In this document: one piece after another, positions 50,182 to 61,860 of the stretch
Layout of the letters: each line of letters starts with the position of its first letter
Numbering within the stretch: position 1 is the stretch's first letter
From: Candidatus Cloacimonadales bacterium
GTDB lineage: Bacteria > Cloacimonadota > Cloacimonadia > Cloacimonadales > JAIOQZ01
Assembly: GCA_963674825.1 (NCBI GenBank)
Contig: OY771587.1
Span: forward strand, 2,368,001-2,432,000
Direction of reading: 5' to 3'
DNA: 64,000 nt
Position numbers and translations under genes: made by a program
Notes under the pieces: generated by a model
Told to the model about the DNA's origin: nothing
The model's input: only the letters and a program-made list of their open reading frames with translations
Database searches by the model: none

Positions 50182-51507
50182 ATGAAGAAATTAGCCATGA
50201 CCTTATTTATAGTAATGGTCGCAACATACAGCTTTGCGCTGTCGCTTTCAGAAGCGCGCGATCTTGCAATGAAAAACAATCAGGACCTGAAAGCGGAATA
50301 CCACTCGATGGAATCTTCGAAGTGGGAATATCGCGAATCGTTTATGTCGCTGTTTCCCAGCGCAAGCCTCGGCGGCTCGTACAGAAAAAGCGACGATGAA
50401 GCTATGGCGCAGGACAGCAACGGTAATCCGCTGGCATACGATGAAACCAGAAGCTATTCTGTCACCGTCACACAGCCCATTTTCAATGGGGGAAAAATCT
50501 GGCTTGGATCCCGTATCAATCGCGACGCGGCCAAGATCAGTGAAAGTGCATATAAAAGCAAACGTCTGAACGTGCTTAGTGAAACCGAATCAAAATATTA
50601 CACCGTACTGGAAAACCAGGAACTTGTCGCAATTGCGTCCAAGAGCCTGGAATCGGCACAGCAAAACCTCGAACGCGCTCAGATCCGCTACCAGATGGGA
50701 AGCCTTTCCAAGGCGGACATCCTTAAAATGCAATCCGAACTTGCGTCGAAAGAGCTCCAGCTCATTCAAATGGAAAATGTGCTGACCCTCAGCCGCATCG
50801 ATCTGGCAAATTACTTGCAGATCGATTCCGTCGATGAACTCGACCCGGTCGATTTCGATGGCTTTCAAGTAGAAATGGACGATATGCGCGGCATTCTCAG
50901 TGGGAACTTTGAGGATATCATTAACCGCGTAATCGAAAAGGGAATCGAGCAGAACCAGACAGTCGAAATGGCCAAGCGTCAGGTCAATATGATGAATAAA
51001 TCGCTCCTGATGGCGGAGGGGAATTTCCTGCCGTCGGTCAATCTGCAATACCAGCGTAGCTGGAGCGCTCTCGAAGACGAGGATTTCGAAGAAGACGGAA
51101 CGCTGATGTTGAGCGCGTCCATGCCGATCTTCCCGCTTGTCGATAACGCTTCCGGTGTCATTGCGGCCAAGCACAGTAAACGCAATGCTGAATATAGCTA
51201 TCGTTCAACCGAAGATGGCATTCGTACCTCGCTTCGCAGCGGTATCTACAATCTGGTTACCGCCGCCAAGTCGGTTCGCGCTTCGCGCCTCGCGCTCGAT
51301 TACGCGGAAGAGACTTATCAGCAGATGCAGGAACGCTTCCGCAGTGAAATCATTACCTCGTCCGACCTGCTCGACAGCGAGGTTATGCTTACAACCGCTC
51401 GTTCTAACTACGCGTCCAGCCTCTACGACTACCTTCGGTATCGCTCGAATATGCTGGAATTGCTGGGGACGGACGACGAAACCGTTCTATTGGAACTAAT
51501 TAAGTAA
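50182..51507 (+). CDS. TolC family outer membrane protein
   Basis: Signal peptide; two OEP repeats (FPS.SL, QPIFNGG; FLPSVNL, PIF). Confidence 0.88.
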   Translation: MKKLAMTLFIVMVATYSFALSLSEARDLAMKNNQDLKAEYHSMESSKWEYRESFMSLFPSASLGGSYRKSDDEAMAQDSNGNPLAYDETRSYSVTVTQPIFNGGKIWLGSRINRDAAKISESAYKSKRLNVLSETESKYYTVLENQELVAIASKSLESAQQNLERAQIRYQMGSLSKADILKMQSELASKELQLIQMENVLTLSRIDLANYLQIDSVDELDPVDFDGFQVEMDDMRGILSGNFEDIINRVIEKGIEQNQTVEMAKRQVNMMNKSLLMAEGNFLPSVNLQYQRSWSALEDEDFEEDGTLMLSASMPIFPLVDNASGVIAAKHSKRNAEYSYRSTEDGIRTSLRSGIYNLVTAAKSVRASRLALDYAEETYQQMQERFRSEIITSSDLLDSEVMLTTARSNYASSLYDYLRYRSNMLELLGTDDETVLLELIK

Positions 51508-51513
51508 ATTACT

Positions 51514-52620
51514 ATGGAGGACAATGTGAATACCACAAGATTCATATATATAGCCATCATACTGCTCGCGCTGCTTGCCGGTTGTAGTAAAAAAAGCCAA
51601 CCTGCCATGCAGCAGCCAGAGACGATCGAAGCAGCGATACCCGTAATGGTCGAGAACGTCCAAAAGCGCGACCTTGATCGTTACGTCCGCGTTGCCGGCA
51701 AGCTGGAAGGCATTGTAGATATCACAATGGTCAGCGAAACATCCGGTAAGGTTGTGTCCATTGAGAAGAGCCTTGGCGACTGGGTTACCAAGGGCGATCC
51801 AATCGGTAGCGTTGATAACACCACCTACCGCATCGCACTTGATCAGGCAAAGGCATCCCTGCTCGCCGCTGAGGGACAGTACGAAGCAGCAGAAGCGACA
51901 TTCAACGCAACCGAAAACTTATACAACGACGAGAAGGTCTCGCTTGTGGATTACGCATCGGCCAAGTCGAGCTTCAAGTCGGCCCTCGCACAGCTCGAAG
52001 GTGCAAAAGCTAACGTCGAAACAGCACAGAAGGCCTATGATAATTCCCGCTTTCTAGCTCCGGTTTCGGGTTATATTTCGTATCTCCCGATCGAGGTTGG
52101 ACAGTTTGTTTCAGCAGGCTCGATAGTTTGCACCATTGTCAATTCGAAGCGACTCGTTGTGAAATCGGGCGTGAACGAAAGCGATATCATGTATATCAAG
52201 AAAGGACAAGCTGTCCAGATACACCATGTTGGTAGCGAAGATATCTATGATGGTCGCGTGACCGGTGTTGGAATATCCCAACTGGCAGGAACCGCCAGTT
52301 ATCCGATCGAGATCGAGATGGATAATCCCAATGGAAAGCTCTATCCAGGAATGGTGATTGAGGCAAAGATTAAAAGCCAGACCTTTGAAAATGTAATCTA
52401 CACTGCACTCAGCAACGTGAAGATGGAATACGATGAACCGTACGTCTTCGTCGCAAGTGGTGACCGGGTAAAACACATACCCATTACACTTGGAATTACG
52501 ATCGACGAAAACGTGATCATAGCCGGTGGACTCTCCGAAGGAGAACAACTCGTTACAGAAGGTATCGATAATCTCGAAGACGGCTCTCTGATCGACATCC
52601 GTAAAGCCATTGGCAAATAA
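51514..52620 (+). CDS. RND efflux periplasmic adaptor (lipoprotein)
   Basis: LAGC lipobox; G..V.KG, APVSG.I and LYPGM motifs. Confidence 0.9.
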   Translation: MEDNVNTTRFIYIAIILLALLAGCSKKSQPAMQQPETIEAAIPVMVENVQKRDLDRYVRVAGKLEGIVDITMVSETSGKVVSIEKSLGDWVTKGDPIGSVDNTTYRIALDQAKASLLAAEGQYEAAEATFNATENLYNDEKVSLVDYASAKSSFKSALAQLEGAKANVETAQKAYDNSRFLAPVSGYISYLPIEVGQFVSAGSIVCTIVNSKRLVVKSGVNESDIMYIKKGQAVQIHHVGSEDIYDGRVTGVGISQLAGTASYPIEIEMDNPNGKLYPGMVIEAKIKSQTFENVIYTALSNVKMEYDEPYVFVASGDRVKHIPITLGITIDENVIIAGGLSEGEQLVTEGIDNLEDGSLIDIRKAIGK

Positions 52621-52630
52621 GGGAGATAGA

Positions 52631-55600
52631 ATGTCTATCGTTAAATTCTCCGTCAACAATCCCGTGCTTGTGAACATGGCCATGATCATCGTGTTCATTC
52701 TGGGGTTTATTACGCTGAACCAAATACCCAAAGAAGAGATGCCGGCTGTTGATTTCGGGTCCTTCATCGTGATCGTGACATATCCCGGTGTGTCACCTTC
52801 CGAGATGGAACAGCTGGTCGTAAATAAAATCGAAGACGAGATTTCGGATGTCGATGACATCGACGAGATTACTTCAACGGCCTCCGAGGGCAGTGCACTC
52901 CTGTTCATCAAGTTCCTGCCCAACGCGGATATCGATAAGGCATGGGACGATCTCAACACCGAGCTCGACAAGGTGAACGATCTTCCCGACGATGCTAACG
53001 ATCCCGTGGTGATCCGTCTCAATATGCGGGAAGTCAATCCGATCTGTACGGTGGTTCTCGGTGGCGATTTTTCCGGTAACGGTATTCGCGAGATAGCTGA
53101 AGATCTACAAGATGAGATCCTCGACATGGATAACATTTCCAAGGTCAATATTAACGGTACACGAGAGCGCGAAATCTGGGTCGAGGGCGATCTCGACAAG
53201 CTGGATCAATACGGCCTGAGCCTGAGCAGTCTTTCATCCGCGATCAGGCTGCGAAACATGAATGTTCCCGGTGGTGATATCCAGTTTGGCGATGTTGATT
53301 TCATCGTCCGCACCACTGGTGAATTCGAATCCACGCAGGATATCGAGGAACTGATTATCCGCATGGACGAGAATGGTCGAGGAATTAGAGTTCGCGATGT
53401 AGCGACAGTGATTGATACACTCGAAGAGCAGTCTATCATCTCCAAGCTCGATCAAAAACCCGCTGTTTCCATGTCGATATTCAAAAAGGGAGAAGGCAAC
53501 ATCATCACCATCAATGACGATGTTCGCAAGACTGTCGCGGATTTCCAGAAACGGGTTCCAGGACTCAATGCCAGTATCCGCAACGATGGCTCGATCGATG
53601 TGAGGAATTCGCTTAAGACTCTCGGTGGCAACGCTGTCCTTGGTATTACCCTGGTGTTTTTCCTCTTATGGCTCTTTATCGGTGTCCGAAACGCGATCTA
53701 CGCAAGCCTTGGTATCCCGTTTAGCTTCCTGCTGGCGTTCATCATGATGAACATCTTCGGGCTGACCGTGAACACACTGTCCCTCTTCGCACTGGTTCTG
53801 GTACTGGGTATGATTGTGGACGACGCAATTATTGTGCTCGAAAACGTCTATCGGCACATTGAAATGGGATATTCTGCCAAAGAAGCGGCGGTTCTCGGCG
53901 CTCAGGAAATTTTATGGCCGGTTGTAGCAGCGGTTACGACTACAGCTGCAGCATTCATGCCTATGTTGATGATGCAGGGTATGATGGGTAAATTCATGAG
54001 AGTGTTCCCTATCGTGGTGACACTGGCTCTTGCTGCGTCACTTTTCGAAGCACTGCTCATCCTTCCTTCACATATCGCAGAGTGGGACGGACTTTTCCGT
54101 CGAAAAAAGAAGACTAAACAAGAAGATATTCCTGCCCAGCCCAAGCAGAAGAACAAAGTGATGCGGTTCATGCTTCGTCGCTATACAAAACTACTCAAGT
54201 CCGCACTGCACCATCGCTGGGTTACAATGGGAATCGTTCTGGCATCGGTTGTCGTGGCTGGGCTGATGTTCGGTACCCTGCAAATGCAGTTCTTCCCGAA
54301 ATCACGCTCCAAGACGATTGTGTTGCAGCTTCAAACGCCACTTGGAACAAATCTCGATAAGACCAACGAGGTTGTGTCCAAAATCGAAGAATACATCTTG
54401 AATATGCCTGAGCATGTCGATGTTGAAGCCATCGTAACTACGGTAGGAAAGATGGAGAATAACCATCGCAGCGATGAGGCAACCTCCAATGCGGAGCTCA
54501 AGATCGACCTTGTGGACTTGAATGACATGCAATATACGCACGACCAGATTAAACAGTCGATTCGTACCTATCTTAGTGAACTTGCCGGAATTTACAGCAG
54601 CAATTTCACAGAAACTACCGAAGGTCCACCTACTGGTAACGACATTGAACTTCGTATTTCCGGTGATAATCTCGATCGTCTTCAGTATCTTTCTACGCTA
54701 GTTCAAAATGAATTGAAGAAGATACCAGGTGTCGAGGACATCAACGACTCCTTCCAGCCCGGTAAGGATGAAATCACGATTCAGCCCCGGCTGGAAAAAT
54801 TCGCGATGTACGGACTCACAGTATCAGGCGTATCTTCAACGGTTCGCATGGCGATTGACGGCGCAGCAGTGTCGGTGTATCGAGGCTCGGGAATCGACGA
54901 GTACGACATATTAGTGAGGGCGAAGGAAGATCAAATCGACAGGTTGAGTGACCTTGAGAACCTTAAGCTCATGACCTCTTCTGGTGCGCTTGTTTCCCTG
55001 AAGGAAGTGGCGGACCTGGTATCGGCAACGAGCCTCTCGGAAATACACCACTACAACGAGAAGCGCGTGGTGACCATCACCGGGGCCAACGGAACTTACG
55101 AAGTTGACGGTGTGATGAAGAACAGAACCACTTCTGAAGTGATGGAAGCTCTCTTCGGAAACGAAATGAAAGGAACCAAGGGAACGCTCTCTACCTTCGA
55201 ACAACGCTTCCCTGGTTATCGGATCGAAACCGGTGGTGTAGCCCAGGAGCAGTCAAAATCGTATTCATCTCTGTTCAGGGCATTTCTGGTTGCTATCCTC
55301 TTGATCTTCACCATCCTGGCAGCGCAGTTCCGATCCTACGTACAACCGCTGATCGTTATGCTGGCGATCCCGTTCAGCTTGATCGGCGTTGTATTCGGTC
55401 TGTTCGTGACCCAGCTACCGTTCTCGCTCAATGCGCTTGTCGCTATTGTGGCACTGGCGGGTGTTGTGGTGAACGATTCGCTAGTGTTGGTGGACTTCGT
55501 TAACCGCGAACGCGCCAGAGGAATCAACCGCTGGCAATCGTTGATCAACGCAGGACGTACACGTCTTCGCCCGATTATCCTTACAACCGTAACGACCATC

Positions 55601-55843
55601 ATCGGCGTTCTTCCCATGGTGCTTTCCACCTCCGAAACAGCGAGTGACTGGAAGCCTATGGCAGTGTGTATGGTTTTCGGACTCGGATTCGCTACTCTGC
55701 TTACGTTGCTGGTGATTCCGGTGTTCTACTCGTTCGTCGATTCCATCTTCGGAAAACTCGGTGCGACACGCTTCAAATCACACATCAGCTTCGAAGAAGC
55801 GATGGAAGAAGCCATGGAAAAGGGCTGGGACGAGGAAGATTGA
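52631..55843 (+). CDS. RND efflux permease (AcrB family)
   Basis: GMIVDDAIIVLEN, GVVVNDSLVLVD and RLRPIILTT motifs. Confidence 0.93.
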   Translation: MSIVKFSVNNPVLVNMAMIIVFILGFITLNQIPKEEMPAVDFGSFIVIVTYPGVSPSEMEQLVVNKIEDEISDVDDIDEITSTASEGSALLFIKFLPNADIDKAWDDLNTELDKVNDLPDDANDPVVIRLNMREVNPICTVVLGGDFSGNGIREIAEDLQDEILDMDNISKVNINGTREREIWVEGDLDKLDQYGLSLSSLSSAIRLRNMNVPGGDIQFGDVDFIVRTTGEFESTQDIEELIIRMDENGRGIRVRDVATVIDTLEEQSIISKLDQKPAVSMSIFKKGEGNIITINDDVRKTVADFQKRVPGLNASIRNDGSIDVRNSLKTLGGNAVLGITLVFFLLWLFIGVRNAIYASLGIPFSFLLAFIMMNIFGLTVNTLSLFALVLVLGMIVDDAIIVLENVYRHIEMGYSAKEAAVLGAQEILWPVVAAVTTTAAAFMPMLMMQGMMGKFMRVFPIVVTLALAASLFEALLILPSHIAEWDGLFRRKKKTKQEDIPAQPKQKNKVMRFMLRRYTKLLKSALHHRWVTMGIVLASVVVAGLMFGTLQMQFFPKSRSKTIVLQLQTPLGTNLDKTNEVVSKIEEYILNMPEHVDVEAIVTTVGKMENNHRSDEATSNAELKIDLVDLNDMQYTHDQIKQSIRTYLSELAGIYSSNFTETTEGPPTGNDIELRISGDNLDRLQYLSTLVQNELKKIPGVEDINDSFQPGKDEITIQPRLEKFAMYGLTVSGVSSTVRMAIDGAAVSVYRGSGIDEYDILVRAKEDQIDRLSDLENLKLMTSSGALVSLKEVADLVSATSLSEIHHYNEKRVVTITGANGTYEVDGVMKNRTTSEVMEALFGNEMKGTKGTLSTFEQRFPGYRIETGGVAQEQSKSYSSLFRAFLVAILLIFTILAAQFRSYVQPLIVMLAIPFSLIGVVFGLFVTQLPFSLNALVAIVALAGVVVNDSLVLVDFVNRERARGINRWQSLINAGRTRLRPIILTTVTTIIGVLPMVLSTSETASDWKPMAVCMVFGLGFATLLTLLVIPVFYSFVDSIFGKLGATRFKSHISFEEAMEEAMEKGWDEED

Positions 55844-55935
55844 TCAGTCATAGATAGCCGACAATAACAAGAAAAGATAGTCATGAACAAATTTGGGCAG
55901 ATCATTGCATCTGCCCTTTCTTTTTCTTTCAGAAA

Positions 55936-56351
<416 letters not shown>

Positions 56352-56354
<3 letters not shown>

Positions 56355-57980
56355 TTTCAACAGCGTCACCTTCTTCGTCTGGATGACATGACCATCCATC
56401 TTGAGCTTACAGAAGTAGATCCCACTCGCTTTGTCTTTCGGTTTCCAGGGGATGGTAGAAGATAACCCCCTTTTATTCCCCCTTATCAGGGGGATAGGGA
56501 CTGAGTCCACCTTTTGCCCTCGTATATTATAGATTTCTATCGTCAAATCGTGATATTCTGTATCCGTCTTGATCTCGAACGACACCTCCGGATTGAACGG
56601 GTTGGGGTAGGCGTTGAAGGTGATATCAGCCAGCGGAACCGTCTCGTCATCTATCGGATCAAGGTCTTGTTCAACAAGATCCTCATGGCCGCCATAAACG
56701 AACACATGACCAAAATTATTAGGCGAAGAGCTACCCGCATCGCCATAGGCTCCTACAGCGATATCATCGTAGCCGTCGTTATCGAAATCGCCTACGGCAT
56801 GACCACTACTTGTACCATACCCGGGTTCGAATGTATAGCTATTATAGTCCCAAGTGCCGTTCTGGTCACCTATATAAAAATACAGATATCCTGCATCGCC
56901 CGTTGAGATAATATGAGTATCTACCAGATCTCCCTTGCCATCCCCATTGATATCACCGAATGAAGGATTGAAATAGGAATAGAATTCAATATGGCCATAC
57001 CAGTCCCAGTGAATGGTTTCGCCTCCGCGCCACAGGCGACAACCAGGGGAAACACTGCCATCATCGGTAGCGTCGTAATAAGATAGGACAAAGTCATCGT
57101 ACCCATCTCCGTTCCAATCTCCGGCAGGATTAAGTTCATACCATAAATTGAGTGTCGAATAATAATCTAGACTATAATCAGGAGAGGTATCTTGGGTTGT
57201 GCCACCGTAGAAAAAACGATTAAAAAAACACCACAATAACGAACCGTCAGGTTGTTCGATATAATCTGGTTGAAAGTAATAGCTAAAATCATCATAACCG
57301 TCACCATTCACATCGCCAAGACCGCGAAAACCCTTGCCATTTCGTGTATATCTACCTTCCACAAACGTCACCTTCTCGAAGCTGCCGCCATACACGATGG
57401 AGTAGGTAAGGTAGTGATTGCCTTCGGTTATTCCCGCATCATCGTATCCGTCGCCATTGATATCGCCTAAAGGGTGAATTTCAGCCAGATAGTTATTAAC
57501 TTCATATTCGTAATCCGGGATGGTATCGTTAACCGTGTTACCAAGAAGGATTCGGCAAAAATGGTAAGTTTGACGACTACTATCATTGACACTATACTCA
57601 ACGCGGTACCCTATATCATCACAACCATCACCGTTCATATCGCCTAAGTTTTTGATAAAACCCCATGAATCATGATACACAAATGTTGTGTCAACCGGAG
57701 TAGATATCGTCATGTCGGGAGAATCCCCCAAACCATCATCAGAGCCAAAATATATATAAAGCTTGCCTCTTTGGTTTGTATAATTTTCATTCAAGTAGTA
57801 TTGATATGCTGTTACAGCCAAATCATCGATATTATCACCGTTGAAATCAAGCGATTCAACATAATAACCGAAGCAATCACTTGATTGTTCACCTTGCATC
57901 TGCCAGACAACATCGAGCTGGTTTTCGGCGTATTGCAGTACGCTGCTGCTGAGTAAAATCAATATATAAAGGTATCGCAT
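56352..57980 (-). CDS. FG-GAP (integrin alpha-like beta-propeller) repeat protein with a FlgD/T9SS-like CTD
   Basis: Seven D.(N/D)(G/N)D..DD-type repeats; YPNPFNP...YNIRGQ...KKVTLLK tail; visibly more AT-rich than its neighbours. Confidence 0.88.
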
Positions 57981-58114
57981 GATGCCCTCCTATAACAAAC
58001 TGTTGCACTTGCAGGAAATCATGTCAAGAATTGCGATGGGATAATCAATCGCCGGATAAAAATCCCTGTTGACATTTTGTGTCGTGTTGATTGTGTACAC
58101 GCAAAGGAGTCGAA

Positions 58115-58963
58115 ATGAAACGTATCGGAGCACACGTAAGCGCGGCTGGAGGCGTATTCAACGCGCCGCTGAACGCGGAGAAGATCGGAGCAAAAGCCTT
58201 CGCGCTCTTCACCAAAAACCAGAAGCAATGGAAAGCGAAACCGCTGACCGACGAAGATATCCGGATGTTCAAGGCATATTGCGATGAGAGGGGATTCACA
58301 CCGGAGCATATACTCCCGCACGATTCGTACCTGATCAACCTCGGCAACCCGGACGCCGAGAAGCGTGCCAAGTCGCTGGACGCGTTCATCGACGAACTAC
58401 AGCGCTGCGAACAGCTTGGCCTCAAGTATCTGAACTTCCATCCGGGCAGTCATCTGGGGAAAGTCACCGAAGACGAATGTCTGAAGATCATCGCGGATGG
58501 TGTCTCGGAAGCTCTGAGCAAGACCACATCGGCTGTCGCGGTAATCGAGAATACCAGCGGCATGGGGAACCATGTCGGCTACCGGTTCGAGCATCTCGCG
58601 CGCATCATCGAGATGGTTGACCAGAAAGACCGGGTCGGTTTCTGCATCGATACCTGCCACGCATATACCGCCGGGTACGATTTCCGCACACCCGAGGCCT
58701 ACGAAAAAACCATGCATGAGCTGGATAGCATCGTCGGATTACACTACCTGAAGGGAATGCATCTGAACGACACTCAAAAGGCATTGGGCAGTCGCGTCGA
58801 TCGTCACGCCTCCATCGGCGAAGGCGAACTAGGCGTGGAAACCTTCCGGTTGATCGTCAATGATCCGCGCCTGGAAGAGATTCCGCTCATCCTCGAAACA
58901 CCCGACGAAACCATCTGGGACAAGGAGATCGCGCTGCTTTATTCGCTCTCTTCGAACACCTGA
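58115..58963 (+). CDS. nfo: Endonuclease IV
   Basis: [35 protein letters not shown] and ILETP motifs. Confidence 0.96.
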   Translation: MKRIGAHVSAAGGVFNAPLNAEKIGAKAFALFTKNQKQWKAKPLTDEDIRMFKAYCDERGFTPEHILPHDSYLINLGNPDAEKRAKSLDAFIDELQRCEQLGLKYLNFHPGSHLGKVTEDECLKIIADGVSEALSKTTSAVAVIENTSGMGNHVGYRFEHLARIIEMVDQKDRVGFCIDTCHAYTAGYDFRTPEAYEKTMHELDSIVGLHYLKGMHLNDTQKALGSRVDRHASIGEGELGVETFRLIVNDPRLEEIPLILETPDETIWDKEIALLYSLSSNT

Positions 58964-61005
58964 AAATCGATTTCCCAATCCTGCAGGAAGCCTTCCACCT
59001 GCGCCTCTTCGCCAAGCTGAAGCGTACTTTCGCCGTCTTCACGCCAGAGCTCGAGCGTCGCGGTTGTAGCCAGCAATCCCACGACGGTGATTTTCTCGAC
59101 TTCGTGTTGCGTGGACATTTGGGGCTCTGTAAGCGCGATCAGGTGATCCTGCGGGACAAACAGCAGCATCTCATCAAGCTCCGCCTCCACGAAATGGTGG
59201 CCTTCCTGAAGAATCTCCGCGTCGAAATCATCCCATTTCCGCACAGTAAGCATCAGCCAGTTACCTTCCGGAAGATAGACGTAACGTCCGCGTCCGTTTT
59301 GATTGTGGATGGGCGCAACCATCAGCGATTCGCCGATGAAATACTGATCCTCGAATTCCGCCAGGCTCGCGTCGTCGTAATGATACGCCAGCGACCGAAA
59401 AAGCGGCTCTCCATATGCCGCGGCTTTGAGAAACTCCGAATGCAGGTACGGAAGAAGAGCGTAGCGGAAGCGGATGGTGTCGCGCAGGATGCCAAGCGTT
59501 TCGTCGTCAAACTGCCAGGGCTCTTGGACGCGGGTTCCGGCAGCGCTGTGATTGCGGAAAAACGGCGTCATCACGCCAAGCTGCGTCCATCGGATAAGCA
59601 GTTCCGGGCTGACATTGTCGTTGAAGCCACCCACATCGGCACCGCAGAAGAGGAAGCCGCAAAGGTTGAGGTTCTGGATCATGCGTATTTGCAGCAGCAG
59701 GTGTTCCCATCGGCTGCTGTTGTCGCCCGTCCAGATACCGCTGATGCGATGCATGCCGCTGTAGCTGGAGCGTGAGAAGAGGAATTTATCTTCACCGATT
59801 GCCTGGCTCGTAGCTTTGATCATGCCATAGCCGTATAGATTGTGGATGTCCCAGTGGTTGACTCGGTTGCCGTTGTCGTCACGGTGGAACATCGCCTTGA
59901 AATTCTCGGTGTAATTCTGGATATCCTCACAGTTCCAGCGCATGCTGAAAATATCCTGCGGTTTCAGGTCGTCCGGTGTGTGCAACTTGGGTAAGGACTC
60001 GCGGATTCTCTGGAGGCTCTTGTCCGTGCAGAACATGGCGGGTTCGTTCATGTCGCACCAGATACCTTCGATGCCGCTTTCAAGCAGCTTCTCAACATGC
60101 GCCGCCCACCACTGGCGAGTCTTTTCGTTGTGGAAATCCGGCAGGTGTGTCCAGCCGGGCCATACCATCACGCGAAAAGGCCTTCCATCCTCGTCGGTGC
60201 AAAAATATCCGTTTTCAACGCCTTCCCGATAGACTTCGTAATCAGGATCGATCTTCACGCCCGGATCAATGATCGCCACCAAGCGGATGCCTTGCTCCTT
60301 TAATTCATCGACCAGCTTGGGCAAGTTCGGGAAGCGCTCGTCGCTGACGGTGAACACACGGTATCCATCCATGTAGTCGATGTCCATGTGGATGACATCG
60401 ATGGGGATACCATGCTCGCGGTATTTTCCGGCGATCTCGCGGATCGTCTTCTCGTCGGGATAGCTCCACCTGCTCTGGTGGAAACCGAACGCCCACTTCG
60501 GCGGGACGTAAGAAGGGCCGGTAAGACGAATGTATTCGGCTGCGCAATCAGGGATAGAATCGGCCTGCCACAGAAAAAGGTCGAACGCCTCGGACGGGAT
60601 ATCGATGGTAAGAAGATCGCGTCTGGTGAAGCCAATATCGAAATCGACCTGTGATGGGTAATCGACGAACAAACCAAGATTATTCTCGCCACAGATATAG
60701 ATGACTGGGTGCGAGCTATAGAGCGCGTCCTTGTCCGGGTTGTGGTGCGGTTCGTCCACGCACCATGCGCGATAACGGCGTCCGCGTTTGTTCAGCGGCC
60801 CGAGTTGCTCGCCCAGCCCTAGCACGATATCATCGTCGTTCAACGAGATTTCCAACCTTACGCTGCTTTCAGTACGATCGATATGTATATTTGAGTCAAA
60901 GGGATGCTTCTTGCACGGCTCCCAAGGCTCGAGAATCACGGCGTCGGTCTCGATGGGTTTCCCAAACCGCAGCCGGAAAATCTTTCCATTTTGTTGAATG
61001 TTCAT
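58939..61005 (-). CDS. GH31 alpha-glucosidase
   Basis: QSRWSY, DIDYM, IIDPG, nucleophile motif GIWCDMNEP, acid/base motif WTGDN, GADVGGF and RNH. Confidence 0.93.
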   Translation of the reverse strand: MNIQQNGKIFRLRFGKPIETDAVILEPWEPCKKHPFDSNIHIDRTESSVRLEISLNDDDIVLGLGEQLGPLNKRGRRYRAWCVDEPHHNPDKDALYSSHPVIYICGENNLGLFVDYPSQVDFDIGFTRRDLLTIDIPSEAFDLFLWQADSIPDCAAEYIRLTGPSYVPPKWAFGFHQSRWSYPDEKTIREIAGKYREHGIPIDVIHMDIDYMDGYRVFTVSDERFPNLPKLVDELKEQGIRLVAIIDPGVKIDPDYEVYREGVENGYFCTDEDGRPFRVMVWPGWTHLPDFHNEKTRQWWAAHVEKLLESGIEGIWCDMNEPAMFCTDKSLQRIRESLPKLHTPDDLKPQDIFSMRWNCEDIQNYTENFKAMFHRDDNGNRVNHWDIHNLYGYGMIKATSQAIGEDKFLFSRSSYSGMHRISGIWTGDNSSRWEHLLLQIRMIQNLNLCGFLFCGADVGGFNDNVSPELLIRWTQLGVMTPFFRNHSAAGTRVQEPWQFDDETLGILRDTIRFRYALLPYLHSEFLKAAAYGEPLFRSLAYHYDDASLAEFEDQYFIGESLMVAPIHNQNGRGRYVYLPEGNWLMLTVRKWDDFDAEILQEGHHFVEAELDEMLLFVPQDHLIALTEPQMSTQHEVEKITVVGLLATTATLELWREDGESTLQLGEEAQVEGFLQDWEIDFQVFEESE

Positions 61006-61069
61006 GTTGCCTCCATGTTAACAATCCAAATCGATGTGCTTGCTGTCCAGCATTTTCTATCTGCCTGAT

Positions 61070-61097
61070 TTAACAGCAAATTAACACTATGCTAACG
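61070..61097 (+). promoter_or_regulatory. Putative Pho-box-like direct repeats
   Basis: TTAACA-N5-TTAACA-N5-CTAACG (11-bp period) upstream of an OmpR/PhoB-family regulator. Confidence 0.6.
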
Positions 61098-61177
61098 CAT
61101 GATTTATTCGTCTTTTTTGTTTGACAAAGTACCTTATCTGAAAATTCCTACGAGTAAATTAATGACGGAGGAGTCTT

Positions 61178-61858
61178 GTGGAAAATACGGTCTACATTCT
61201 CGACGACGAAGAAGATATCTTATCGCTTGTGTCACTGAATTTGAAGAAGTCAGGTTTTCATCCTGTCGCGTTCGATAACGCGCGGGACTTTCACAAGGCG
61301 CTTCAGAGCAATATCCCGGCCTTAATCATACTGGATTTGATGCTGCCGAACACCGATGGTATGGAGATTTGTAAAACCCTTCGAAAGGACGAACGCCTCG
61401 CGTCGGTTCCGATTATCATGCTCACCGCGCGTGAAGATGAAATGGATCGCGTGCTGGGCCTGGAACTGGGAGCTGACGACTACGTTACAAAGCCATTCTC
61501 GCCAAGAGAGCTGGTTGCCCGGATCAAAGCGGTATTGCGCAGAGCCAAGCCGGCCACAAAATCGACACGCAAGCTTACGGCTGGTATTCTTACCATGGAT
61601 TTCAATACATACGAGGTCTGGGTAAAGGATGAAAAGGTCGGTCTCACATCGACAGAATTCAGGCTACTTAAGCTTTTGGTCGAGCGTAAAGGATGGGTTT
61701 TCAGCCGCGAGCAGATCCTCGATTACCTCTGGGGTAAAGAGAAGATCGTGATAGACCGCACGGTTGATGTTCATATCAAGAACCTGCGGGAGAAACTTCT
61801 CGAAGCCGGCGACTACATCAAGAACGTCCGGGGTGTCGGATACAAGATCGAAATCTGA
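61178..61858 (+). CDS. OmpR/PhoB-family response regulator
   Basis: DD, LDLMLP..DG, GADDY.TKPF, RTVDVHI..LR.KL and VRGVGY motifs; GTG start after GGAGGAG. Confidence 0.93.
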   Translation: MENTVYILDDEEDILSLVSLNLKKSGFHPVAFDNARDFHKALQSNIPALIILDLMLPNTDGMEICKTLRKDERLASVPIIMLTAREDEMDRVLGLELGADDYVTKPFSPRELVARIKAVLRRAKPATKSTRKLTAGILTMDFNTYEVWVKDEKVGLTSTEFRLLKLLVERKGWVFSREQILDYLWGKEKIVIDRTVDVHIKNLREKLLEAGDYIKNVRGVGYKIEI

Positions 61859-61860
61859 TC

